A stretch of 64,000 nt of DNA, taken from IMG/VR virus record IMGVR_UViG_2718218305_000006; one strand, written 5' to 3'. Under the pieces are notes generated by a model. That model made no database searches and was not told the origin of the DNA. It saw only the letters and a program-made list of their open reading frames with translations. Below, piece after piece: positions 1 to 9,167 of the stretch (positions within the stretch are counted from its first letter, which is position 1; each line of letters opens with the position of its first letter). Both the position numbers and the translations under genes were made by a program. The DNA is from a virus. Its lineage: Duplodnaviria > Heunggongvirae > Uroviricota > Caudoviricetes.

Positions 1-214
1 TTGCTGCGCTTTCTATACCAGGTAATTATGAAGTAATAGTTCTTGGGAATGGTGAGTTTATCGTAATGCCATTGCCATCTGATGTTATTCTGATCAGCAA
101 AGAATCGCATGCGGATTCGGTCAGTTACTTCAGCATTAAAAGAGACTAGATTATAATGCTGTAGTAAAGCCAGCCTGAACAACTGGCGTCTGTCGCACCA
201 TTACGAGGATAGTA

Positions 215-493
215 GTGGTGCATTACAAGAAACTTAACAATTCTGATAATTCAGCCGTCTTTGCCAGCAGGCACGGGCGGTGTTCTCATGCATTCAAATC
301 TGACTGGTTCCAGCATGACCCATGCACTGAAGAACAGGCCGAATGGCTGATTCAGTGCTACCGCAGACGTGGTTACGAGTTTCAGAAAGATCTCAGCTTC
401 GATCGTCGTCACTGGATAATCTCCGCCAGGCTCCCTTATTCCGAACGCCCACCGCGTCCGTCCCGCACATTCCAGCAGCGCATCTGGAGGTAA
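215..493 (+). CDS. hypothetical protein (92 aa) immediately upstream of DUF968 gene
   Basis: ORF ends ..QQRIWR overlapping the next start; same slot and similar C-terminal pattern as 41150..41422 (..RQRVWR) in prophage 2. Confidence 0.35.
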   Translation: MVHYKKLNNSDNSAVFASRHGRCSHAFKSDWFQHDPCTEEQAEWLIQCYRRRGYEFQKDLSFDRRHWIISARLPYSERPPRPSRTFQQRIWR

Positions 494-494
494 C

Positions 495-1559
495 GTGCGG
501 GTATTACTTCGACCTGTTCTGGTACCGGAACTCGGGCTGGTGATCGTTAAGCCGGGCCGTGAATCCATGCCGGTATTCCACAATACCCGGGTACTGGTGG
601 AGCCGGAACCGAAAAGCATGCGTAATCTGCCGTCCGGGGTCGTTCCTGCCGTTCGCCAGCCGCTGGCGGAGGATAAATCATTACTGCCATTTTTCAGCGA
701 CGAACGAGTGATTCGTGCTGCTGGTGGCGCTGGCGCATTGTCTGACTGGTTACTGCGCCATGTTAAATCCTGCCAGTGGCCACACGGTGATTATCACCAC
801 AGTGAAACCGTCATTCACCGTTATGGTACCGGCGCAATGGTGTTGTGCTGGCACTGCGACAACCAGCTGCGCGACCAGACCTCCGAATCACTGGAACATC
901 TGGCTCAACAAAACCTGGCAGCTTGGATGATTGACGTCATACGCCATGCAATGAATGGCTCGCAGGAGCGTGAATTATCTCTGGCTGAATTATCCTGGTG
1001 GGCGGTCCGCAATCAGGTGGCGGACGCGCTACCGGAAGCGGTATTACGTCGTTCGCTGGGGTTGCGTGCGGAAAAAATCCGCTCAATGTACCGTGAAAGC
1101 GACATCGTACCGGGAGAGCAGACCGCCACCGGCATACTGAAGCAGCGCACAAAAAATATTGCGCTACCGCCTCACGTCCACCAGCACCAGCAACAGAACC
1201 CACCACAGGAAAAGACGGTGGTCAGCATTGCCGTTGATCCGGAATCTCCGGCTCAGTATCTCCAGCGCCAGAAACCACAACGGGAAGAGATGCCTGTATA
1301 CACGCGCTGGGTAAAAACGCAGAAATGCATGACATGCGGTAATCAGGCAGATGATCCGCATCACATCATTGGTCATGGACTGGGAGGGATGGGAACAAAG
1401 GCTGATGATTTGTTTGTTATTCCGCTGTGCCGTAAATGCCATAGCGAACTACACGCCGGGGTAAAAGATTTTGAAGAAAAACACGGCAGCCAGCTGTTGT
1501 TGCTGATTCGTTTTTTAATGCACGCGAGAAATTCGGGTGTTCTGAAGTGGAAAGCATAA
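495..1559 (+). CDS. DUF968-family prophage protein (YdfU-like)
   Basis: 354-aa ORF with GTG start and Cys/His-rich C-terminus; sits upstream of rusA-Q; paralogue at 41370..42473. Confidence 0.65.
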   Translation: MRVLLRPVLVPELGLVIVKPGRESMPVFHNTRVLVEPEPKSMRNLPSGVVPAVRQPLAEDKSLLPFFSDERVIRAAGGAGALSDWLLRHVKSCQWPHGDYHHSETVIHRYGTGAMVLCWHCDNQLRDQTSESLEHLAQQNLAAWMIDVIRHAMNGSQERELSLAELSWWAVRNQVADALPEAVLRRSLGLRAEKIRSMYRESDIVPGEQTATGILKQRTKNIALPPHVHQHQQQNPPQEKTVVSIAVDPESPAQYLQRQKPQREEMPVYTRWVKTQKCMTCGNQADDPHHIIGHGLGGMGTKADDLFVIPLCRKCHSELHAGVKDFEEKHGSQLLLLIRFLMHARNSGVLKWKA

Positions 1560-1925
1560 ATGACTGAACGCATAGAATTTGTTTTGCCTTACCCGCCAAC
1601 GGTGAACACTTACTGGCGTCGTCGTGGCAGCACATATTTTGTATCAAAAGCCGGGGAGCGTTATCGCCGGGCAGTGGCGCTTATTGTTCGCCAGCAGCGG
1701 CTGAAATTAAGCCTGTCCGGAAGGTTGGCAATAAAAATTATTGCAGAACCACCGGATAAGCGCCGCCGTGACCTGGACAATATCCTGAAAGCACCACTGG
1801 ATGCGTTGACGCATGCCGGACTTCTCATAGACGACGAGCAGTTTGATGAAATCAATATTGTGCGCGGTCAGCTCGTTCCTGGTGGGCGGCTGGGCGTGAA
1901 GATTTACAAAATTGAGAGTGAGTGA
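1560..1925 (+). CDS. rusA: Holliday junction resolvase RusA
   Basis: 121-aa translation MTERIEFVLPYPPTVNTYWRRRG..DLDNILKAPLDALTHAGLLIDDEQ matches the RusA family; nin-region position. Confidence 0.85.
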   Translation: MTERIEFVLPYPPTVNTYWRRRGSTYFVSKAGERYRRAVALIVRQQRLKLSLSGRLAIKIIAEPPDKRRRDLDNILKAPLDALTHAGLLIDDEQFDEINIVRGQLVPGGRLGVKIYKIESE

Positions 1926-2488
1926 TCGTAAATATGATATACCCGGAAATTACAGGCAAAAGCGGCGAGCATTTACGTCTAAAAACGCTGGAAGCCGTCT
2001 GGATCCAGGGGAAATTACGGATGTGGGGGCGTTGGTCGTATATAGGTGGTAGCAAAACAGGAAATATGTTCAATCAGTTGCTGGCATCCAAAAAACTGAC
2101 AAAAACCGCAATCAATGAAGCCCTGCGTAGAATCAGGGAGTCAGGGATTGATAAACCAGAGCTGGAAGCATTCTTGCGAGAGATGATCGCTGGCAGACAG
2201 AAGAGCTGGTTGTCTCACTGTACTGATGCAGAGGCGTTACGCATTGATGGGGTGATAAGTAAAGCGCTTGCACGTTATCCTGGATTGATTTATATCCTGC
2301 GGCAAAGATACGAAGGGCGGGGGATGAGTAAACGCAAAATGGCTGAATTGTTGAATGAGGTTCACCCTGAGTGGTGTTACGCCACGTGCCGTAATCGCAT
2401 AGATGCGTGGTTGAAAATGGCAGAGTTTATGCTCTATCTGCCGATGCGTGATGCATTCTCTTCCGGGGATCTAAAAACCGTCTGTTGA
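1922..2488 (+). CDS. late-gene antiterminator Q-like protein
   Basis: 188-aa ORF overlapping the rusA stop (GTGA), directly followed by a sigma70-like promoter and terminator; N-terminus shared with 42842..43408. Confidence 0.7.
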   Translation: MIVNMIYPEITGKSGEHLRLKTLEAVWIQGKLRMWGRWSYIGGSKTGNMFNQLLASKKLTKTAINEALRRIRESGIDKPELEAFLREMIAGRQKSWLSHCTDAEALRIDGVISKALARYPGLIYILRQRYEGRGMSKRKMAELLNEVHPEWCYATCRNRIDAWLKMAEFMLYLPMRDAFSSGDLKTVC

Positions 2489-2514
2489 CTCAATCTGTTA
2501 TCCGGGGCTATATT
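2485..2514 (+). promoter_or_regulatory. candidate late promoter pR' (TTGACT-N17-CTATAT)
   Basis: -35 TTGACT overlaps the Q stop codon; 17-bp spacer; -10 CTATAT/TATATT. Confidence 0.45.
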
Positions 2515-2577
2515 CCTCACGCGCCAGCAAAATCTGGCGTCGGGATTAGCACCCCGGATGTTTACGGAGCGATATGA

Positions 2578-2597
2578 GACGCGCCCGCGTCTTTTTT
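2578..2597 (+). terminator. rho-independent terminator (tR'-like)
   Basis: GACGCG-CC-CGCGTC hairpin followed by TTTTTT, about 65 nt downstream of the candidate pR'. Confidence 0.5.
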
Positions 2598-2761
2598 CAT
2601 ATCGTTTGCACAGTCACATTCGCGATTTATGGCGGGCTGTGTGGGGGAGCCGAAAGGCTCGCCGGTTTCCGTACCCGGTAGTGCTAACCCCGCACAGTTC
2701 GCCACCACGATGATTAGCACCTGACGGTGGCGATAATGTCCAAATGTACGGAGTTATCGTT

Positions 2762-3319
2762 ATGACCACTCAGATTTCTGTCGAAACTCTTTCCCCAATT
2801 ACACACAACCAAATTCCCGTTATCACTACCGAGTTACTGGCACAGCTTTACTGTACCGAGATCAACAACATCAAAGTAAATTACACCCGTAATTCCGAGC
2901 GTTTTGTTGAGGGTAAACACTTTTTCAAGGTTGTTGGTGATGAGTTGAAAAATTTGCGGGTTACTTTAAGTAACTCACAAACGCCTGTTTCCCCCAAAAC
3001 CCGCTCCCTCATCCTCTGGACAGAACGAGGCGCAGCCCGTCACGCCAAAATGCTCGAAACCGATCAGGCGTGGGATGTGTTCGAAAAACTGGAAGACTGC
3101 TATTTCAGACAAAAGGATCCGTCAGCGCCAGCTTCATGCCAGAAAAGTTACGACACGCGAGTTCTCTGTTATCAGCGAGGCGGTGTCACTGTTTCCACAA
3201 TTCAGTTGCGGGATGATGATATTGTTATTTCCCTTGAGTCATGGCTGGAACTGGCGAGAGCCAATGGTTGGTTTGTTGTTCGCAGAGATAAACTGGTGGA
3301 AAGGCTGATGCAGCTTTAA
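2762..3319 (+). CDS. ORF6N-domain (antirepressor N-terminal-like) protein
   Basis: GGAG RBS 8 nt upstream of ATG; motifs NSERFVEGKHFF..LWTERGAARHAKML..AWDVFEKLEDCYF resemble the ORF6N/antirepressor N-domain. Confidence 0.5.
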   Translation: MTTQISVETLSPITHNQIPVITTELLAQLYCTEINNIKVNYTRNSERFVEGKHFFKVVGDELKNLRVTLSNSQTPVSPKTRSLILWTERGAARHAKMLETDQAWDVFEKLEDCYFRQKDPSAPASCQKSYDTRVLCYQRGGVTVSTIQLRDDDIVISLESWLELARANGWFVVRRDKLVERLMQL

Positions 3320-3477
3320 AAAAGTTCTTGCAATTTTAGCCATAAACTGCTTCAATTCCGGTACGCTTCGCAAAGCTGTATCGCGAGGCGAACCAAGCGC
3401 ATGAACTTTACCAGAACCCGCCATTGAGCGGGTTTTTTATTGCGGAATTAATTACGGACCGTTATTATTCTGCTCCC

Positions 3478-3553
3478 GGCCCTTTAGCTCAGTGGTGAGA
3501 GCGAGCGACGCATAATCGCCAGGTCGCTGGTTCGAATCCAGTACAACGCGCCA
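3478..3553 (+). pseudogene. chimeric tRNA remnant (tRNA-Ile 5' part, tRNA-Arg 3' acceptor strand)
   Basis: 5' 56 nt near-identical to tRNA-Ile at 44708; 3' ACAACGCGCCA matches tRNA-Arg at 44884; acceptor strands cannot pair; position 33 is G instead of T. Confidence 0.5.
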
Positions 3554-3567
3554 CACTTATTTTCCCT

Positions 3568-3593
3568 GGCTCGCTTTTGCGGGCCTTTTTTTT
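3568..3593 (+). terminator. rho-independent terminator after tRNA remnant
   Basis: GGCTCGC-TTTT-GCGGGCC stem-loop followed by a T8 run. Confidence 0.55.
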
Positions 3594-3659
3594 AAATGTC
3601 TCACAATTCAGGCGGTTGACTGTTGTCTGGTTTGCGGGGAGTTTGTTAAAAGAAACTGG

Positions 3660-3765
3660 CATGGTGAATCCCCCTGTGCGGAGGGGCAATCAGTGAGTAG
3701 GTATATGGGATAATCGCGGATTCAGGTGCTGGTACTGAATTCACCGGGAGGCACCCGGCACCATG
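3660..3765 (+). other. conserved 106-nt structured element upstream of nanS-p (copy 1)
   Basis: Bounded by CATGGTG..CACCATG; internal CCCCTGTGCGGAGGGG hairpin; second copy at 45760..45865. Confidence 0.3.
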
Positions 3766-4032
3766 CAAGAAAAAGAATGTGCATGCAAACATGCCCCTCT
3801 CCGGAGGGGCATTTTTTATGGGTAAAAAATGCCCGAATGGGTTCGGGCAATAGCATGAGATACTGATATTGTTGTGTTGTTATCGTGTGGATTTTAACCA
3901 GGGTTTATCAGGCTGCGCAACTGCGTGGCCTTTTTTCATTTCTTGGGCTGTAGTCCCCGTGTGTCATTCAGGCTTCCGGACTACAGCCCACTCCATATCT
4001 GATTTAATACACTATCCCGGCCGGGAGGAATA

Positions 4033-5979
4033 ATGACATTTAAACATTATGATGTTGTCAGGGCGGCGTCGCCGTCAGACCTTGCTGATGCACTTGCTCA
4101 AAAAATTCGTGAAGGATGGCAACCATACGGCGGGCCGTTTTCTTCGTATACGGATGATGGCGCAGCACTTATTCAGGCGATTGTCGCAGAAGGTGATGTG
4201 AGCACACCTGTTGTGGTGAAGCCGACAGGTGGAGAAGGTGCAGTAATCAGCGCCACCAGAGACCCGGAGTATTACTTTGTTGTGGTTCTGGCGGGGCAGT
4301 CAAACAGCATGGCATATGGTGAAGGCCTTCCGCTGCCGGAGACATATGACCGTCCGGACCCGCGTATTAAGCAGCTGGCGCGCCGCAGTACGGTGACACC
4401 GGGCGGTGCAGCATGCAAATATAACGACATCATTCCGGCGGACCATTGTCTGCATGATGTGCAGGACATGAGCCGCCTTAACCATCCGAAAGCGGACCTG
4501 TCAAAGGGGCAGTACGGTACCGTGGGGCAGGGGCTGCATATTGCCAAAAAACTGCTGCCGTTTATACCGGAGAATGCGGGCATTCTGCTGGTTCCGTGCT
4601 GTCGTGGTGGTTCAGCGTTCACCACCGGAGCTGATGGCACATACAGTGACGCGAGTGGTGCCTCGGAGAATTCAACCCGCTGGGGTGTGGACAAGCCGCT
4701 GTATAAGGACCTTATCGGTCGAACAAAAGCAGCACTGAAGAAGAACCCGAAAAATGTGCTGTTTGCCGTGGTGTGGATGCAGGGGGAATTTGATTTTGAC
4801 GGCACGCCCGGAAATCACGCAGCACAGTTTGGTGCGCTGGTTGATAAATTCCGTGCAGACCTGACGGATATGGCAGGTCAGTGCGTCGGTGGCTCTGCTG
4901 GCGGTGTTCCCTGGATATGTGGAGATACGACGTATTTCTGGAAGCAGAAGAACGAATCCACGTACCAGACGGTGTACGGCAGCTATAAAAACAAAACGGA
5001 AAAGAATATCCATTTCGTACCGTTCATGACCGATGAGAACGGGGTGAATGTGCCGACGAACAAACCGGAAGAAGACCCGGACATTCCGGGTATCGGATAT
5101 TACGGTTCGAAATGGCGTGACAGCTCAGCCACCTGGACGTCACAGGACAGGGCGAGCCATTTCAGCGCCTGGGCACGCCGTGGGATTATTTCCGACCGTC
5201 TGGCAACGGCGATTTTGCGCCATGCGGGAAGAGTGGCGCTAAACGCGGGGGCATCATCGACAGTATCAGAGGTGCGCCCGTCATCGCCTTCCGGTGCAGA
5301 AGCCACAGGCGTCACAACACTGCTCTCTTACCTTGCCAGCGAGTCAGAGGGAAGCCTGAAAGTACAGGGATGGTCAGCCAGTGGCGGCAGGGCAGAAGTG
5401 GTCAGCGATGCGGAGGGAACCGGAGGTAAGGCAGTGAAGCTGACCAAGGAAGCCGGTAAAAGCAGCTGGGTGCTGGAGTACGCCGCGGGCAACGGTGCGG
5501 CTCTGTTACAGAAAGGGGGGCAGATTCGCTGCCGCTTTAAGGTTTCGGGAGCGCTGGCTGCGAACCAGTATGTTATGGCGTTTTACTGGCCGGTATCTTC
5601 ACTGCCACAGGGCGTTGCCCTGACCGGAGACGGGGGGAATAACCTGCTGGCAGCGTTCTACATCCAGACAGATGCAAAAGACCTGAATGTGATGTACCAC
5701 AATGCGAAAGTAGCGACAAACAACCTGAAACTGGGAACCTTTGGCGCATTTGATAACGAATGGCATACGCTGGCTTTCCGCTTTGCCGGGAATAACAGCC
5801 TTCAGGTGACGCCGGTTATTGATGGTCAGGATGGCACACCGTTCACGCTGACGCAGTCACCGGTCAGTGCATTTGCGGCGGATAAACTGCATGTGACAGA
5901 CATTACCAGGAATGCGACTTACCCGGTGCTGATTGACAGCATTGCGGTGGAAGTGAACAACGCGGATGCCGCGGCATGA
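4033..5979 (+). CDS. nanS-p: prophage sialate O-acetylesterase NanS-p (DUF1737 + SGNH/SASA domain)
   Basis: 648 aa; GGAGG RBS; N-terminal MTFKHYDVVRAASPSDLA (DUF1737-like) and VVLAGQSNSMAYGEG SGNH block I; same slot as nanS-p downstream of stx in Stx phages. Confidence 0.8.
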   Translation: MTFKHYDVVRAASPSDLADALAQKIREGWQPYGGPFSSYTDDGAALIQAIVAEGDVSTPVVVKPTGGEGAVISATRDPEYYFVVVLAGQSNSMAYGEGLPLPETYDRPDPRIKQLARRSTVTPGGAACKYNDIIPADHCLHDVQDMSRLNHPKADLSKGQYGTVGQGLHIAKKLLPFIPENAGILLVPCCRGGSAFTTGADGTYSDASGASENSTRWGVDKPLYKDLIGRTKAALKKNPKNVLFAVVWMQGEFDFDGTPGNHAAQFGALVDKFRADLTDMAGQCVGGSAGGVPWICGDTTYFWKQKNESTYQTVYGSYKNKTEKNIHFVPFMTDENGVNVPTNKPEEDPDIPGIGYYGSKWRDSSATWTSQDRASHFSAWARRGIISDRLATAILRHAGRVALNAGASSTVSEVRPSSPSGAEATGVTTLLSYLASESEGSLKVQGWSASGGRAEVVSDAEGTGGKAVKLTKEAGKSSWVLEYAAGNGAALLQKGGQIRCRFKVSGALAANQYVMAFYWPVSSLPQGVALTGDGGNNLLAAFYIQTDAKDLNVMYHNAKVATNNLKLGTFGAFDNEWHTLAFRFAGNNSLQVTPVIDGQDGTPFTLTQSPVSAFAADKLHVTDITRNATYPVLIDSIAVEVNNADAAA

Positions 5980-6115
5980 TAAAAAAAGCCGCCAGTTGCC
6001 TGAGACCTCTGGCGGTGTGAGATTCATGGAGAATCAAGGAAAGATACTACCACTTTCGTCATCGGCATTTTTAAATGAAAACTGTTTACTTAGTCAACAA
6101 TAACGGAAAGAAATT

Positions 6116-6295
6116 ATGACATTTCTGAACCAGTTAATGCTGTACTTCTGTACGGTGGTCTGTGTGCTGTATCTCCTTTCGGGTGGGTACAGGGCCATGC
6201 GTGACTTCTGGCGCAGACAGATTGACAAAAGGGCCGCTGAGAAAATCAGCGCCGGTCAGTCAGCCGGAAGCAAACCCGAAGAGCCGCTCATTTAG
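6116..6295 (+). CDS. small hydrophobic protein (59 aa)
   Basis: ATG with upstream GGAAAG; translation MTFLNQLMLYFCTVVCVLYLLSGG.. has one predicted TM helix; below the ORF-track size cutoff. Confidence 0.3.
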   Translation: MTFLNQLMLYFCTVVCVLYLLSGGYRAMRDFWRRQIDKRAAEKISAGQSAGSKPEEPLI

Positions 6296-6335
6296 CGGCA
6301 ACTTTCTTAATCACACCTTTCGACGAGAAAATCCC

Positions 6336-6608
6336 ATGTCAGAAATTACATCCCTGGTCACTGCAGAGGCAGTGAAGGAAGTCCTGCGCTCTGAAGAAGT
6401 CCTGAGCGCACTGAAACAAAAACTTCGCCATAACCTGGAAGCGCGTCTTGATGCAGAGGTTGATGCCATTCTGGATGAGCTGCTTGGTGTACAGGCAGAG
6501 CCACCGACTGAAGCGGGAGATACCACCGCAGAGAGCGGTGAAGTTCAGCCTGAATCACCGGTCGCCGATGCGACTGAACCTCAACCCGAATCGGTCATGA
6601 TGCTGTAA
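6336..6608 (+). CDS. hypothetical acidic helical protein (90 aa)
   Basis: Internal ATG of ORF 6162..6608; [21 protein letters not shown]..; between nanS-p and holin. Confidence 0.35.
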   Translation: MSEITSLVTAEAVKEVLRSEEVLSALKQKLRHNLEARLDAEVDAILDELLGVQAEPPTEAGDTTAESGEVQPESPVADATEPQPESVMML

Positions 6609-6684
6609 CGGGGAGTCAGGGCCATCAGTAAACAGCTGCTGGCCTTTTTCATGTTGTGAGCTTCCGGATAACGGGAGACGGGGT

Positions 6685-6900
6685 ATGTACCAGATGGAAA
6701 AAATCACAACGGGTGTGTCATACACCACGTCAGCGGTGGGGACGGGATACTGGTTACTGCAGCTGCTGGACAAAGTCTCTCCGTCCCAGTGGGTGGCGAT
6801 AGGTGTGCTGGGGAGTCTGCTGTTTGGCCTGCTGACGTATCTGACTAACCTGTATTTCAAAATTAAAGAGGACCGTCGCAAGGCTGCCCGGGGAGATTAG
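6685..6900 (+). CDS. S: class II holin (phage 21 S-like pinholin), dual-start
   Basis: 71 aa, [10 protein letters not shown].. with two in-frame Met codons (antiholin/holin pattern); resembles phage 21 S holin as recalled. Confidence 0.85.
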   Translation: MYQMEKITTGVSYTTSAVGTGYWLLQLLDKVSPSQWVAIGVLGSLLFGLLTYLTNLYFKIKEDRRKAARGD

Positions 6901-6903
6901 GTG

Positions 6904-7461
6904 ATGAACCATGAAGAAATGAATCAGCGCTTCAGTCGTCTGGAAAATGAAATTGCTGAACTGAATAAAAAACTGTCGACGCTGATGCCTTCTGAAGATG
7001 AAAAAAAACGCCGCGATGAGCAGTTTGCTGCGTTTGACGATTATTGTCGGAAAGTGATGAGCAGAAATCTCTCAGAGTGTTTCAGTATTCATAATGATAA
7101 TTTCAGTGAGCTGGAATGGGAGTGTAACCGGCCATCCTTTGTTGTATCCGGTGATGCTGGGAAAATAACCATCTCAGAAAATGGAAAAGTAACACCGCCA
7201 TCGCACCAGCATAGTGAGGAGCTCATTGAATTTGCCATTGATTACCTGAAGAACAATAAAAAACAGGGGCTGATGAAGTGCATTGGTCGTTGCATGGGAT
7301 ATCTGCAGATAGCTGCTGAGATTGAAGCGCTGGCCAGTGGTGCGGACAAGGATGCAGTTGTGCGGGAGGCTCTTCTTCGTGAGTTTGACAACCCGCCCTT
7401 TAAAAAAGTGCCGGCTTACTGGTTTCATCCAGGACTGACTTATCTTAAAGGACGTATATAA
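6904..7461 (+). CDS. hypothetical protein inserted between holin and endolysin
   Basis: 185 aa; N-terminal coiled-coil-like segment (ENEIAELNKKLSTL); no family recognised; tightly packed after the holin stop. Confidence 0.5.
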   Translation: MNHEEMNQRFSRLENEIAELNKKLSTLMPSEDEKKRRDEQFAAFDDYCRKVMSRNLSECFSIHNDNFSELEWECNRPSFVVSGDAGKITISENGKVTPPSHQHSEELIEFAIDYLKNNKKQGLMKCIGRCMGYLQIAAEIEALASGADKDAVVREALLREFDNPPFKKVPAYWFHPGLTYLKGRI

Positions 7462-7503
7462 GCTGGCTCGTTATCTGTTGCCGATAAATCCTGATAAATA
7501 TCC

Positions 7504-8037
7504 ATGAACACCAAAATCAAATACGGCCTGTCGGCTGCCGTTCTGGCGCTGATTGCCGCTGGTGCGCCTGCGCCTGACATTCTCGACCAGTTTCTGGATG
7601 AAAAGGAAGGTAACCACACCACGGCATACCGTGATGGTGCGGGTATCTGGACCATCTGCCGAGGTGCCATCATGGTGGATGGTAAGCCTGTGATTCCTGG
7701 CATGAAGCTGTCGAAGGAAAAATGCGACCGGGTTAACGCCATTGAGCGTGATAAGGCGCTGGCATGGGTGGAGAAAAACATCAAAGTGCCACTGACCGAA
7801 CCCCAGAAAGCGGGTATTGCGTCATTCTGTCCTTACAACATTGGCCCAGGTAAGTGTTTCCCGTCGACGTTTTATAAACGAATTAATGCAGGTGATCGCA
7901 GGGGAGCGTGTGAGGCGATTCGCTGGTGGATTAAGGACGGTGGGCGTGATTGCCGCACACGTTCAAATAACTGCTACGGACAGGTTATTCGTCGTGACCA
8001 GGAAAGCGCATTAGCTTGTTGGGGGATAGATCAGTGA
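7504..8037 (+). CDS. R: SAR endolysin (lysozyme R)
   Basis: 177 aa; N-terminal signal-anchor-release segment [16 protein letters not shown] then lysozyme-like domain; near-identical to 48943..49476. Confidence 0.85.
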   Translation: MNTKIKYGLSAAVLALIAAGAPAPDILDQFLDEKEGNHTTAYRDGAGIWTICRGAIMVDGKPVIPGMKLSKEKCDRVNAIERDKALAWVEKNIKVPLTEPQKAGIASFCPYNIGPGKCFPSTFYKRINAGDRRGACEAIRWWIKDGGRDCRTRSNNCYGQVIRRDQESALACWGIDQ

Positions 8038-8501
8038 GAAGAGTAACCGCGATTATTTACGCTCTGGTTATCTGCATCATCGTCTGTCTGTTATGGGCTG
8101 TTAATCATTACCGCGATAACGCCATCACCTACAAAGCGCAGCGCGATAAAAAAGCCAGAGAGCTGGAACAGGCGAATGCCACCATTACTGACATGCAGGT
8201 GCGCCAGCGTGATGTTGCTGCGCTCGATGCAAAATACTCGAAGGAATTAGCCGATGCGAGAGCTGAAAATGAAACTCTGCGTGCTGATGTTGCCGCTGGT
8301 CGTAAGCGCCTGCGGATCAACGCCACCTGCCACGGTACCGTGCGTGAAGCCACCGGCACCTCCGGCGTGGATAATGCAACCGGCCCCCGACTGGCAGACA
8401 CCGCTGAACGGGATTATTTCATCCTCAGAGAACGGTTGATGATGATGCAGAAGCAGCTGGAAGGGGCGCAGGAATATATCCGCACTCAGTGTATTAACTA
8501 G
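8034..8501 (+). CDS. Rz: i-spanin Rz
   Basis: GTG start overlapping the R stop; N-terminal TM then coiled-coil; embedded Rz1 in +1 frame. Confidence 0.8.
   Translation: MRRVTAIIYALVICIIVCLLWAVNHYRDNAITYKAQRDKKARELEQANATITDMQVRQRDVAALDAKYSKELADARAENETLRADVAAGRKRLRINATCHGTVREATGTSGVDNATGPRLADTAERDYFILRERLMMMQKQLEGAQEYIRTQCIN
8269..8439 (+). CDS. Rz1: o-spanin Rz1 (lipoprotein), embedded in Rz
   Basis: [15 protein letters not shown] lipobox followed by a Pro-rich segment, entirely inside Rz. Confidence 0.65.
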   Translation: MKLCVLMLPLVVSACGSTPPATVPCVKPPAPPAWIMQPAPDWQTPLNGIISSSENG

Positions 8502-8524
8502 TATTTTTGTTATCCGGAGAATGC

Positions 8525-8749
8525 ATGAAGAAATTACTGGTAACCGTAAAGCCTTTTCAGGGAACAATTCCGTTCCGTATTTTGCAGCGTGGTCGTGTTC
8601 TTGTTGAAGGTTCGTTCAGTGGTAAATGTACGCAATTACACTCCCGGACCTTTCAGGTGAATGCCACGAATGAAGAGCTAACCGTTGAGTGTACGATGAA
8701 TGCCGCTAAATGCCGCATGGTATCCGCTGCATTACAGCCAGTGTGTTGA
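8525..8749 (+). CDS. hypothetical small protein (74 aa)
   Basis: ATG after a GGAGA RBS; between lysis cassette and terminase; no family recognised. Confidence 0.3.
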   Translation: MKKLLVTVKPFQGTIPFRILQRGRVLVEGSFSGKCTQLHSRTFQVNATNEELTVECTMNAAKCRMVSAALQPVC

Positions 8750-9167
8750 GCGACCTTATTATCCATGCGCGGTATTGTCGCCGTATTCCCGTATTAACAG
8801 AGACCGCAGCCCGACAGGGAGACTCCTCTGCGCGAGTGTGCGGGGATAATCAAAAACGATACACACCGGGGTTTACCGCGTTAACGGAGCGCGGCGTTGT
8901 CCCCTCATGGTCGCTGGTCCGGTGCGATGGTGGAAGAAACCGGACTACATTACAAATGATAACCATTATCATTTTTCGGGTCCTCCTGGTGTGGTGGGCC
9001 TGAACACGGGGCGGGCGGCGCGGAAAAAGGCGCATTTTTTGATTTTTATGGCACCATCACCACCAGTGTAAGTTATTGATATATAGAAAAATAAAAATTT
9101 TTAGTGTCGAATCTGGTTGTTTTTTGTTCATCACTGGTGTGTGTTTACATAATTTTCAGGGGGAGTT

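Noticed and set aside
3553-4033. Looked for stxA/stxB between the tRNA region and nanS-p in prophage 1
   Set aside because: The interval is only about 480 bp and contains no A/B-subunit-sized ORFs.
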